Origin: Sphaerodactylus townsendi | Lineage: Eukaryota | Direction of reading: 5' to 3' | NCBI RefSeq assembly: GCF_021028975.2 | Contig: NC_059440.1 | Location: forward strand, 10,912,001 to 10,976,000 | DNA length: 64,000 bases | In this document: piece after piece, positions 34,001 to 46,069 of the stretch | Numbering within the stretch: position 1 is the first letter of the stretch | How the letters are laid out: each line of letters starts with the position of its first letter | Program-made: the position numbers and the translations under genes | Notes under the pieces: model-generated | The model's database searches: none | Told to the model about the DNA's origin: nothing | What the model saw: the letters and a program-made list of their open reading frames with translations, nothing else

Positions 34001-37000
34001 AGGTGGCCGTCGATCCAACCTTCTCACCGGAGACGGTCACCGAAGAGGCAGAAGAAGAGTCCTTGTGCAGCGAGGAACCCTTTGACGCTTTCACGGCACT
34101 GAAAAATGGCTCCGTCTATGCTTTTCGTGGTATGGCATGACCAGGGGGGGAGAGGGAAGGGGTTCTGTTCCTCTAGGGGGTGACGTCCCACTTGCTCGCA
34201 ACAAATGTGGCAGATATACCCAGGTTGTGGGTGTCAGCTGCTGGCCTGAACTTCCAAACACTGTCTTTTGGGGGGCATGCATTCTCTGAAATTTGGGCTG
34301 TTCTGCTGCCTTGCAAGAGGGTCTTGTGCAACCCAAAGCAGTCTGCCAGGCAGGCGTGTTGGCATGTGATGTGCCTGCCCATTTCAAGCAGAGTCCAAGG
34401 GCTCCCCAGAGGGAGCAGCACTTCTGGGGAAGAAGCGAACAACCCAAGCCCCTGGGGAAACAAGGCACACCTCTCTGAACTGGCACTGTGCCCCACGAAG
34501 GGCACAAACCGAATATTCTCCCTTCCCAATCCAGGAAAATATTTCTATGAACTTGATGAGAAGAGTGCAAGGCCTGGGTACCCTAAACTCATCCAGGACG
34601 TGTGGGGCATCGAGGGACCTATAGATGCAGCCTTCACCCGCATCAACTGTCAGGGCAAGACCTACTTCTTCAAGGTGGGTGATGATACTGAAATATCTGC
34701 ACATGGGCTGCCTCATACTGCATCAGACTGTTGGTCCCTCAGAGTCAGTATTACCTACTCAAGTGTAGCAGTGGCTCTCCAGGGTTTCAGGCAGAGGTCT
34801 TTCCCATCACCTGTTGCCTGGACTTTTCAACTGGAAATGCCGGGTATTTGAACCTACGACCTCCTCCATAGGCTCTTGTACTGAGCCACAGGCATAAGCA
34901 GAGGCAGAGCTACAGGGGGGCTGGGTGGGTGGGTGGATAGGTGTGAGTGTTGCACTGGGCACGTGCAAAAATTCAGGTTTATGTTTTTTGTATTTTTTAG
35001 AGAATTTTCCGTTTTTGGCCTGCAGGGGGTGCAGTTTTTAAGCTAGCAGCACCAAAATTTCAGGGATTTTTTTGGGAGACTCTCCTGATGATACCACTCA
35101 AGTAAGGTGAAGTTTGGTTCAGGGGGTCCAACGTTCTGGACTCCCAAAAGGGGTGCCCCCATCCCCCATTGTTTCCAATGGGAGCTAATAGGAGATGGGA
35201 GCTACACCTTTGAGAGTCCATAACTTTGGACCCCCCTGAACCAAACTTTACAAAACCTGGCTGGTATCAGCAGGAGAGTCTCCTAAAGATACCCTGAAAT
35301 TTTGGTGCTGCTAGTCTAAAAACTGCGCCCCCTGCAGACCAAAAACTGAAAAAACACTAAAAAATACAAAAAACACAAACAAACATAGGGGAGGCAGCAA
35401 AACTCAGATTTTGCACCGGGCTCCATTTTTCCCAGCTACGCCTCTGGCCATAGGCAAATTATCCCCTGATGGGGACTAGGGCAGCTTGATCCCATGCACC
35501 TCCCACCTCTTAGGAATGTGTCTCTCTCTTCCCCAGGGGAGCCAGTACTGGCGCTTTGAAAACGGAGTCTTGGAACCAGACTCCCCGCGCAACATCTCCG
35601 AGGGCTTTACAGGGATCCCTGAAGATATCGATGCGGCTTTTGCACTCCCTGCTCAGAACTACTTTTCCAGCGAGAGAGTTTACTTCTTCAAAGGTGACCT
35701 AGACCAGCCTTCCCCCCCCCCCCCTTTGCAATTCAGCTCGAGGAAGATAAGGCCAGGGGGACCCAGGGTCTGAGTTGCTAACAGACATCTGTCCCTTGAG
35801 GACTAGTGACTTGTGGATGGGAAACTGAATCATCACAGATCGGGGCTACAGTGAGAACTTAATTCGGGGAGGAAAATCTGTAGTTTAAATGGACCAGAGC
35901 CTTCTATCCCCTCTGCTAGAGATCCCTAACGTGGTGCCCACCAACTCCTTTCCTGGTGCCCATGAATGGCAGGATGAGGTGGAGAGCCAGCGTGGTGTCG
36001 TGGTTAAGAGTAGGTGGATTCTAACCTGGAGAACCGGGTTGGATTCCCCACTCCTCCACCTGAGTGGCAGAGGCTTATCTGGGGAACCAAATGTGTTTTC
36101 GCACTCCTACATTCCTGATGGGTGACCTTGGGCTAGTCACTGTTCTCTCAAAACCCACCTACTTCACAAAGTGTCTATTGCGAGGAGAGGAAGAAAAAGG
36201 AGCTTGTAAGCCACCTTGAGTCTCCTTACAGGAGAGAAAAGTGGGGTATAAATCCAAACTTCTCTTCTTCCTCTTCTCTTCCTTTTCCTCTTCTGCCCAG
36301 CTGTACTACTGCAGCACTGGAGATGTGATTGGCTATGCTGATTTTTACAAACTTTCTCTGGACAGCAGCTGCCATCACAGACCTTGTGATGAGAACACCT
36401 CCTGCCACTGCTGCCGGCTGAACCCTGAGCTGACCGGAAGCCAGGGAAGCCAAAGAAAGGTCAGGCCTGCAGCTTTCCTGACAGTATCCTCTCCCTTTCT
36501 CTCTCCTCCGACAGGAAAACGCTATTGGAGCTACGACTTTGAGAAACAGCCGAGCCGCAAGGACTGTGAGGAGACGTCTCCATCGCTGGTCTTTGACCAC
36601 TTTGCGCTCCTGCAGGATGACAGCTGGGAGCAGATCTTTGTGCAGCTGTTTGGAAGCTTGCGGAATAGTGAGTGCGGCCACTGGATGGGGAAGGGGCCTA
36701 GGGTGAGACCTGCCCTCTTGTGGGGTTGCCAACCACCAAGGGACAGCTGGAGGTCTCCTGAGACGACAGCTGCTCCCCAGCTGACAGAGATCAGTTCACC
36801 TGGAGAAATTCACCACTTTGGAAGGGGGACTCTATGGCATAATACTCCACTGAAGTGCCTCCCCCCCCCCCAAACCCCACCGTCCTCAAGCTCCACCTCC
36901 AAAATCTACGGTTATTTCCCTATTTAGAGTGGGCAACCCCACCTTCTGGGCACTTTCGTACGCAGTTAACTTGCAGGCCTCGTTTCTACCTGATGTAGTC

Positions 37001-39817
37001 ACAGGCTGTAGACAGAGACGGCTTCCAAGGGGGACTGGTGGTGGAAAGTATCAAGTCACAGCCAATGTAGGGCAGTGACGGCAAACCTTTTTGAGATCGA
37101 GTGCCCAAATTGCAACCCAAACCCCAGTTATTTATTGCAAAGTGCCAACCCGGCAATTTAACCTGAATGCTGAAGTTTTCGTTTAGGAAAAACCGATTGG
37201 CTCCCTCTTCCTCCACCCCACCCGCTCGAGCAGGGGCCAGCCTGCTGTAGCCTCCAGCAAGTCCTGCATGCACCACTCTGTGCCTCTCTAGCATCTCTGC
37301 CTCCTCTGTGCCCCCACCTCAGGCAGCAGCCACCCGGAGCACAGGCACCAAGCCAGCCAGCCAAGTCCTCCTTGCTCACCACAGTGCTTGCACATCATGC
37401 TCAGTGGCCCAGGCCAGCCTAGAGGGTGGATTTTCCACCCTCCACATGACAAACTCTGTGTGCGCGTGCCCACAGAGCGAGCTCCGAGTGCCACCTCTGT
37501 CACCCGTGCCATAGGTTCGCCATCACTGATGTAGGGTAACCCTGTAGGATTTTCAAGGCAAGATTTGTTCGGGGGTGGTTCGCCATTGCCTGCCCCTGTA
37601 TAACAACCCAGAACTTCCTTGGTGGTCTCCCATCCAAATACTAAACAGGAGTACTTAACTTATTTATTTACTCACTCACTCACTCACTCACTCATTTATT
37701 TATGTATTGATTTATTGGATTTGCTATACCGCCCCATCCCCTAAGGGCTCTGAGCGGTGTACAAGTCAACAACAAACAAAATCAGCAACCACAATAAATA
37801 ATAAATTACGTCTTATTAAAAACATATTAAAATATCAAATAACTCCAACCTTACAGATCTAATAACTTCCCTAGCCCAGCTCAGCGGCATTTATAGATGC
37901 AGTTCCAACGATGGAATGGAACATAAAACAGCATACCAGGAACATAAAACAGCATACCAGGGACTTCCAAGATCTGAGAAGGCTAAGCTAGCCTAGACCA
38001 CCCATGACTTTTTCTGCACAAAGCATTTGAAACATTTGTCAAACGTTTTGCAAAGAACTGTTTTTGTGGGTTTTGTCCGCATAGCCTGGAAAAATACAGC
38101 GTTTCAGTTGAAAACGGTTCTTTAACAAAACACAGATGTGTCTTCGAAATCTGTAAAGCTTTGCTGATTCAGACATCGTATCTACGAAGCACCACATCTA
38201 CCTCACATACAAAAAATTAAAAAGGAAAAACAGCACGTTCGGGTAATCAGCAGGCAAAAATGAATTTATTAGCAATGACGAAAATGGCAGGCTGCTGTGA
38301 TGTCAGATGAGAAAGCGTCCGTAGGAAACTTCAGCAAACGGGGGACAGCCAGAGAATCACTGAAGCGGCAGAAAATGTCGGGTGGCAGAGAAATGAGAGG
38401 GGAGATTCAAATTCGGGCAGGAGAACTATCTCCACACAGGCAAGCAGGAAATGTTTTAAAAACATTTGGGGGGAGAAAAGAGCGCTAGTTTACTTGATCT
38501 AGATAAAACTGTATGAGGTAGGAATAAAATGTTCCCAAAACGTTTTGGGCTAAATGCTATGTGGGACTCCCCCGAGGGAGTGTTGTTGTTTTTTTTGGTA
38601 GTGTGGAAAGGGCTCATGTTAAGGCTCAAGGGAGATTAGACAAGTTCACTGATGAAATTCCTTCCCTCAGTGCCTCCAAGTTCAGAGGCGGTGTATCTCT
38701 GAATCGCAGCTACTGGTTTGCTTCAGCTTTTGGGGGACCAGAACTTCAGACCTTGTGTCAGCCTCATTGGGTCTGTGGCAGAGCAAAGAAGTCTGGCCCA
38801 CCTCTTGGAGCCTCTGGCTAGCTCAAGCCCCCTTTTTCTTTCCCTTCTCAGGTGGGGCCAGCAAGCCACGCTACATTAGCCAGGACTGGCGAGGGGTGCC
38901 AAGCCATCTGGATGCCGCCATGGTTGGCCGAATCTATTTGGCCCAGAGCCCTTCAAAACGTCGCTCGAAGAAGAGGTCATCGCGCCGGAATCGCAAGAAG
39001 TATCGCAACCGCCGCCGCTGGGGCCGCTGGAAGTCGAGTGCCTGGGAATGGTCAAGCGACACCAGTTCAGAGTCCATGGACCTTGACTGGCTACTGGGCC
39101 CCCCATCGTCCTGCGAGCCCTTCCAGAGTGTCTATTTCTTTGTGGGCGGTGAGTCTGGTGGAGGGAGGAAGAGGTGAAAACGGGGCAGAATAAAAAATAA
39201 GCCGGGAGGGATGAGTGTGTTCCAGACATCTGTCCTAGCACAGTGTACTCCTCCAGCTCTCCATTGTCAAAAAATGAACAATAAACATATTGACAGAGCA
39301 GCAAAGAAGAAGAAGAGGAGGAGTAGTTTGGATTTATACCCCACCTTTCTCTCCTGTAAGGAGACTCAAAGGGACAATCTCCTTTCCCTCCCCCCCCCCC
39401 ACAAACACCCTGTGAGGTGGATGGGGCTGAGAGAACTTTGTAGAACTGTGACCAGCCCAAGGTCACCCAGCTGGCATGTGTTGGGGTGCACAGGCTAATC
39501 TAGTTCCCCAGATAAGCCTCCACAGCTCAAGCGGCAGAGCTGGGAATCAAACCCGGTTCTCCAAATCAGAGTGCACCTGCCACTGATAGGAACTCTGTAT
39601 GTGAGGTGCTGAACAGCTTTGGAGTGCTCAGCATGAAGATGAAAGAGGGGCAAGTTTAGACATTAGACAATGACATTTGCATCTCTGCCTCTATCCCACA
39701 GACAAGTACTACCGCCTTAACCTGCGCACAAAGCGGGTGGACTTCGTGTTCCCCAGGTACCCCCGCAGCATTGCCAAGTACTGGCTGGGTTGCCCATCTG
39801 ATGTGGAGCGGGTCTAG
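31054..39817 (+). CDS. VTN: Vitronectin (signal peptide, somatomedin-B, RGD, hemopexin repeats, basic heparin-binding region); 8 exons, 448 aa
   Basis: Exons 31054-31114, 31721-31840, 33827-34129, 34535-34674, 35537-35693, 36515-36667, 38852-39148, 39702-39817; total 1347 nt in frame. SMB domain ESCEGRC...CQCDDLCVYYQSCC; RGD at 33832-33840; GPIDAAFTRINCQGKTY; PRSIAKYWLGC. Confidence 0.97.
33106..33399 (-). mobile_element. Squam3-like SINE
   Basis: Full-length copy. Confidence 0.8.
34899..35446. mobile_element. hAT-type MITE with long internal inverted repeats
   Basis: CAGAGGC...GCCTCTG termini; homologous to 23832-24364. Confidence 0.8.
35981..36293 (+). mobile_element. Squam3-like SINE
   Basis: Full-length copy. 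Confidence 0.8.
37073..37528. mobile_element. hAT MITE, same TIR family
   Basis: TIR CAGTGA(C/T)GGC(A/G)AACC; TSD ATGTAGGG. Confidence 0.85.
39305..39579 (-). mobile_element. Squam3-like SINE
   Basis: Same family. Confidence 0.78.
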
Positions 39818-39847
39818 CTGCTCTCTTCAAACTGACACCAGCAACCA

Positions 39848-39853
39848 AATAAA
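39848..39853 (+). terminator. VTN polyadenylation signal
   Basis: AATAAA 30 nt after the stop codon, followed by U/GU-rich sequence. Confidence 0.75.
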
Positions 39854-40307
39854 GCATTCCCTTCCATCTTCCTTGTGTCTTTGATTCTGGGGACCAGACC
39901 TGGGTGGGAGGGGGTTGATTTGTTCTCTGGGACCTGGCCATTCTGCCGAAGCACAAACAGCCCTTCCCGGCACCTTAAAAACATGCAGCAGTGTTGACGC
40001 AGGAGCCACCACAACGAGCCAGTGCTCTCAGATCATTTTCAGAGTGCCACAAAGTCCCTTTTGGGTTTTGCTGTAGCAGACTGGGATTGGGGTGTTGTCG
40101 ATAAGGTTGTGAACTTCTAGTGGGGCCTGGAGGTGTGGAATCGCAACTGATCTCGACTACAGAGATCACTTCCCCTGCAGAAAATGACTGTGTAGGAAAA
40201 GGGACTTTGCGGTGTTATATCCCGCTGACATCCCTCCCCAAACCCTGCTTTCCCCAGGCTCCGCCCCCCCCAATCTCCAGGAATTTCTCAACCTTGAGTT
40301 GGCACCT

Positions 40308-40612
40308 AGAAGAGGAGCAGGAGTAGTTTGGATTTATAGCCCCCCCCTTTATTCCTGTAAGGAGACTCAAAGGGGTTTACAGTCTCCTTTCCCTTTCTAC
40401 CCCCACAACAAACACCCTGTGAGGTGGGTGGGGCTGAGAGAGCTCCGAAGAGCTGTGACTGGCTCAAGGTCACCCAGAGGGCGTGTGCTGGAGAGCACAA
40501 GCTAATCTACTTCACCAGATAAGCCTCCACAGCTCAGGTGGCAGAATGGGGAATCAAACCCGGTTCTCCAGATTAGAGTGCACCTGCTCTTAACCACCAC
40601 ACCACTGCTGCT
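40308..40612 (-). mobile_element. Squam3-like SINE
   Basis: Full-length copy. Confidence 0.8.
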
Positions 40613-40743
40613 CTAGGTGAAGTACTGCCGTGCTAAGTGGCAATGGCTCTGCTAGGATATGATTAGCATCTCAGTGGGGTTTTGGGGTGAGGGACGGGGC
40701 AGAAATCTCCCTGCGACGGCTGCAGACACAAATGCACCTAGAG

Positions 40744-40891
40744 CAGGGGTAGGGAACCTGCGGCTCTCCAGATGTTCAGGAACTACAATTCCCATCAGCC
40801 CCTACCAGCATGGCCAATTGGCCATGCTGACAGAGGCTGATGGGAATTGCAGTTCCTGAACATCTGGAGAGCCGCAGGTTCCCTACCCCTG
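40744..40891. mobile_element. Palindromic hAT MITE
   Basis: CAGGGGTAGGGAACC TIR; TSD ACCTAGAG. Related copies at ~8439-8573, ~45095-45205 and ~57388-57521. Confidence 0.85.
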
Positions 40892-41196
40892 ACCTAGAGT
40901 CTTGTCTCTGGAGTGGGATATGGGGGCGGGGCTGGGGTGACTTGAGAAGGACTTGGAACGCAGTCTCCAAACAAAACATAACTTTAGCCCTTTTCATAGT
41001 TGGAGTGTGTCTGTCAGGCTCCAGAATAAAGTCAGCACTACGTGGCAGAAAGAGAGACCTTCCTTGGCTCTTGCTTACATTCTGGACCCTCCTCCCACAG
41101 ACATTTACAAATAAAGCAGCCTTGCCTAGTGGTTATGGAGGCTCCGTTTTGTCAAAACAACAGCTCCTGTCTGACTCTGACCAAGGTCACAAGGGT

Positions 41197-41483
41197 TCAG
41201 ATTTATACCACACATTTCTCTCCTGAAAGGAGTCTCAAGGAGGCTTACAAATTCCTTTCCCCTCCTCTCCCTGTGGCAGACACCTTGTGAGATAGGTGGG
41301 GCTGAGAGAGTTCTGAACTAACTGTGCCTGGCCCAAGGTCATCCATCAGGCTTCATGTGTAGGAGCGGGGAAACAAATTCAGTTCACCAGATAAGAGTCG
41401 GTGGCTCATGTGGAGGAATGGAGAATCAAACCTGGTTCTCCAGATTAGAGTCCACCTGCTCTTAACACACTACACCATGCTGG
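41197..41483 (-). mobile_element. Squam3-like SINE
   Basis: Same family. Confidence 0.75.
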
Positions 41484-41649
41484 CAAACTTGTTGGTTTTA
41501 CATCTGATGTGGAGATGTTTACAGGACTCTTTGTGTCTGCCACACAATGGGCCATGTAACTACAGGAAGCTGATTTTTTAGTGGGGTTAACATCCCCTTG
41601 AATCAGAAGTTGATCCCCTCTCCCATTTTCCCAAAGAATGTGAAAAAGA

Positions 41650-41813
41650 CTGGTTGTTGTGGGTTTTCCGGGCTGCGTGGCCGTGGTCTGGTAGATCTTG
41701 TTCCAAATGTTTCACCTGCATCTGTGGCTGGCATCTTCAGAGGTGTATCACAGAGGGAAGTCTGTTACACACTGTGGCCAGCTAAATCTGGCTGTTAGAG
41801 CCTTCAACAATAC
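41650..41813 (-). mobile_element. Penelope-like terminal fragment (second subfamily)
   Basis: Near-identical to the left arm of 48994-49268. Confidence 0.6.
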
Positions 41814-42060
41814 AGTGCAAAAAAGAGTTATTTCAGAGCTGAGGAGCCCCAAGGTTGGCAATAACCACTATACCACTAACCACTACACCACCCTGGCAGG
41901 TTGAAGGCAGCAGGAAGAAAGGAAGATCCAGCATGAGAGAAGAATGAACTCTATAGGCACTCAGTTTGCAAGACCTGGGCAAGGTTGTTAACAATAGGCT
42001 GTTTGGGATGGACACCGATTCATAGGGTCAGCATGAGTTGGAAGCGATTCGATGGCACTT

Positions 42061-42129
<69 letters not shown>
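42061..42129. repeat. Compound (CA)n(GA)n microsatellite
   Basis: Direct reading. Confidence 0.9.
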
Positions 42130-42134
<5 letters not shown>

Positions 42135-42888
42135 TGAGGCACTACTACTTCAGATGGTTCAGGGCAACTGGGGAGGTGAGGAGCTGTCCATTAAGAGGGC
42201 TGCAATCTGGTGTCCATGTGCCCAATCAGCACCAAGGACAGCTCCATTGGTGTCTAAGACTTTACCTAGCCGTTTGTGCCTTCTTAGGGCTTGGGCCAAA
42301 ATGAATCTTGGTACATCAAAAAGTCTGAGCCGATTCAGGCGAACGGCAGATAAATTTAATAATTAATTGATTGATTGATTGATTGATTGATTAAGTCAAG
42401 TCAAGTGAGGCTTTCCTGTAGAGCCATGGGCCATTACCATTTTAAGACACGAAATTCATATAAAATACAATAAAAGTTTCAGCAGATAAAAATAGATCAT
42501 ATAAACCCTCACCATTCACCCGTCCAATTTATCAGAGCTTAAAATCAGGCATAACTAATGCAAATTTCAATTATACTATTTCCTTCTGTATTATCTTAGA
42601 TCGAATCTCTGAGGCTGCCAGTGCAAAAAGTGCAACCCTATAAGATATAAAAAAGGATCCGAATCTGAAAGAAGGTATATTTTATCTGCAACAGAGTGCG
42701 TTTGGAGCATAGGTGTAAGACTAGAAAGGAACTTGGCCCTTGGCTCATCATACAAGGGGCTATCAACTTTTTTTGAGAAAGAGGCTTTCTGGGCCCCTCC
42801 ATGCATGAAAGGAATTCTCAGCCAGTGGACACATAAACAGAGAAGAGGGGGAAAGTGGGACACAGAAGGTGAGGCCATGAAAGACAAA

Positions 42889-43040
42889 GGCCCCTTCCGC
42901 CCATGCAGAATAATGCACTTTCAATCCGCTGGAAAATGCACTTTGCAGCTGGATTTCACTGTGCGGAATAGCAAAATCTGCTTGCAAACGGTTGTGAAAG
43001 TGGATTGAAAGTGCCTTATTCTGCATGTGTGGAAGGGGCC
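42889..43040. mobile_element. Palindromic ~150-bp MITE (GGCCCCTTCCGC termini; possibly Harbinger-like)
   Basis: Other copies at ~24959-25113, ~25393-25531, ~30385-30761 (split by a SINE), ~53687-53823 and ~62214-62364. Confidence 0.7.
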
Positions 43041-43277
43041 AAAGAGAGCTTCGACCCACAGCATTTCCCTGCCAAAACCAGAAGAAGAAACCTATTAGAT
43101 CTGCAGCTGGGGAAAAGATAGTCTCTGTCAGCACCTGTCCTGGCTGGCAAAGGAGTCCGCTTTGCTCAGTCCGGACTACAGAAATGACGGGGCAGCTGGC
43201 CTCAGATGGGGGTGGGGTGGGGGGGTTGGAGGCGGTCCTTGATGGGAAGGGATAAAAGCTGGACGGGCAGCGGGGAG

Positions 43278-44132
43278 ATGCCAGCCAGGATGGGCACAGC
43301 CGAGAGGCCACGCTTCCTGCCCTACTGCTTCCCCGACGGGGCGGCCGGCCAGCTGGCAGCGGATCATGGGGAAGGTGAGTAGGGAGGGCTTCCCTCGGAG
43401 GAGGGCGGTCCGGATCCGGGTGCGGGTGGCCCAGCCAGCGCCAAGCGCTCCTCCTGCCCCCTTCCTTCTCGCAGGGAGCCTGTCGTGCCCCAGGCCGGAG
43501 CGAGGCAGCTGGGCTGGGGGGCCCAGGAAGAGGAAGCGGACCACCTTCAGCCGGGGCCAGCTGAGCCAGCTGGAGCGCGTCTTCGCCGCCCTGCCCTACC
43601 CGGACATCGGCACCCGGGAGCGCCTGGCCGAGCTCACGCAGTTGCCCGAAGCGAAAATCCAGGTGAGCCCCGGGGAGGGAGGGTGGGAGGGAGAGTGCCC
43701 CGTCTCTGCCAGCCAGCCCCCCCCCCCCTCACTCGGCCCCTCTCTCCTTCTCTCCCGGCCCAGGTCTGGTTCCAGAACCGGCGTGCCCGGAGGATCAAGA
43801 CCAGCCCCGCGGTGGAGCCGCCGGCCTGCCGTCGAGTCAGCCTGGCCGGCGGCAAGCAGCCCCGTCGGGGCGTCTCTGCGCAGCACGCCAAGCAGTCGGC
43901 CCTGGGCTCCCCCCTAGCCGGAGGCTCCTCCGGCTTCCTCGGCGGGGAAGACGCGCCCGGTCCGCCCCGTCGGTGGCCTGAGGAAGAGGAGGAGGAGGAG
44001 GAGGAAGGCGCGGTCGTCTGGAGCGCGCTGTCCAGCTGCTGGGACGCTTTCCCCGGGCCGCCCACCTCCTTGGGCTCCATCTCCGACCTCATCTACAGCG
44101 CGGCTCTCGTGGCCAACCTAGGGGAGTTCTAG
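43278..44132 (+). CDS. SEBOX: Paired-like Q50 homeobox protein SEBOX (Og9x/mezzo); 3 exons, ~217 aa
   Basis: Exons 43278-43374 (alternative in-frame ATG at 43290), 43475-43662, 43764-44132; total 654 nt. Homeodomain RKRKRTTFSRGQL...PYPDIGTRERLAELTQLPEAKIQ|VWFQNRRARRIK with the typical PRD-class intron. C-terminal TSLGSISDLIY. Syntenic position between VTN and TMEM199. Exon 1 is the least certain part. Confidence 0.92.
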
Positions 44133-44302
44133 GGGTCGCTGGCCCCGTCCAGGAAGGGGGTGCAGGGGGCCAAGGAGCCTCCCCCGGCTGGTCTTGCAGC
44201 TGGACGGGGAAGGAGGAACTCGCACCGGCTGCCCAAGATCAGGGATTAAACCCTCCCCCCCCCTCCCAACACACCTTGCCAAATTAATCCCCTCCCCAAT
44301 TC

Positions 44303-44308
44303 AATAAA
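44303..44308 (+). terminator. SEBOX polyadenylation signal
   Basis: First AATAAA after the stop codon. Confidence 0.65.
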
Positions 44309-44918
44309 GAAGCTATGATGCCCTTCCAGTTTAGCTTGGTCACTTTCATTTCGGATTTGTAAGGGGGGAGGGCTACCCCCCGCCTCTCCAATATCCTGAA
44401 ATCCAGGAGGGCGCGCATCCCACAATCGCTGGTAATGCCCCCTAATCTGCCCGAAAAAATACCTTAATCTCTCGGGGGATCCGGGGATGATTGAACGACA
44501 TCATCTAATCCATCGCCGGCGGCAGGTCCAGGGTTCCACCGGCGGATTTGCGTGTAGAAACTATATTAATATTTCAGTGGGGGCAGAGGGGGGGGGGCTT
44601 AGCCTACATCAGAACCTTAATCAACGCTTGGGAGGGCCTGACTCCGTGGCTTAACCCCTCGAGAAATGAAGCCACATGTAGGTAGCTAAAGAAACCCCCA
44701 CACACCTCCAATGTACACCTTTTTTTGGTATTGTTACATCTGACTTATGGCGACCCCCCATGTTTTTCAAGGCAAGAGAGTATCGGCGTGTGTGTGTGTG
44801 TGTGTGTGCGCGCGCGCGTGTGTGATCTCCTGCCTCCGCTTCACCATCCTGGCATTCCTGGGAGGACCAATATCCAATAGTGAATAGCAGATAAATTCCA
44901 GCACACAAAAATATATTC

Positions 44919-45314
44919 GCTAATACACAAGCCTCAATATAAAGCGCTCAGCGCGTTTGTTGTGCTGGTGTAATTCCTAAACATCCACTTATCACTATAC
45001 CTACCGGACTACCACTATTTAATATTGCCTTAGGCCTTAGGCAATATTAAATGGTGGCATTTACTACAGTGGTATTTACTATTGCCTTAGGCCCCATAGG
45101 TGTCAAACTTGCGGCCCTCCAGATGTTATGGACTACAGTCCCCTTCATCCCCTGCCAGCATCATGCTGGCAGGGGATGATGGGAACTGTAGTCCATAACA
45201 TCTGGCAATAGTAAATAGTGGCAATCCGTTAGGTATAGTGATAAGCGGATGTTTAGGAATCACACTAACACAGTAAAGGCACTGTGCACTTTATATTGAG
45301 GCTTGTTTATTAGC
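44919..45314. repeat. 111-bp imperfect inverted repeat enclosing a truncated MITE
   Basis: Arms 44919-45029 and 45204-45314 are reverse complements with about 15 mismatches. Confidence 0.8.
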
Positions 45315-45431
45315 GGAATATTCCTAGAAGGGCCCTCATCCAAATACAAGTCGAGGGGTGGGGGCAGGAACCACACTGGTTTTCTCTTGCGCCCATGTCA
45401 AAAAGGATAGTTGGAGAAAGTGCCCTCAAAG

Positions 45432-45690
45432 GAAGCCAGTGTGGTGCTGTGGTTAAGAGCAGGTGGATTCTAATCTGGGGGACTTGGTTTGATTCCCCAC
45501 TCCTCCACCTGGGTGGCAGAGGCTTCCCTGGTGAGCTAGATGTGTTTCTGCACTCCTACATTCCTGCTGGGTGTCCTTGGGCTAGTCATGGTTCTCTCTG
45601 AACTCTCTCAGTTACCTCACAGGGTGGGGAAGGGAAAGGAGCTTGTAAGCCACCTTGAGTCTCCTTACAGGAGAGAAAGGTGGGCTATCA
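45432..45690 (+). mobile_element. Squam3-like SINE
   Basis: Same family, with an internal deletion. Confidence 0.75.
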
Positions 45691-46069
45691 CCCCCTCAGA
45701 ACCAACATCTATCGACGGTCGATTCCTTTTGCTTGAAGCCAGTCGTGGCTTGCGATAAGGTATGTGGGCTTCAGCTCCAGAGTTCAGGGCAGTGCCCATG
45801 ACAGCATCCTGTTTCATCCTTACAACTCTGTGCCAGGTTAAGCACACAGAGGTCTAAAGCCAGTGAGCATCAGAGGGAAGCAGAGATTGGGACTTCGAGA
45901 TTGATGGTGGGAAGTGTTGCCAAGTTTCGGCTGATTGATGGCGACCCCATAAAGTTTTCAAGGCATGCTGGCAGAGGCTGATGGGAATTGTAGTCCATGA
46001 ACATCTGGAGAGCCGCAGGTTGCAGACCCCTGGATAGCTGCTCTGGACTTCCTCATCGATCTCCCCTCT

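Noticed and set aside
37918-37961. 21-bp perfect tandem duplication
   Set aside because: Simple slippage inside an old LINE fragment in an intron.
43208-43229. G-quadruplex-like G-runs at the SEBOX promoter (also in POLDIP2 exon 1)
   Set aside because: G/C runs are very common throughout this window, so there is no specific support.
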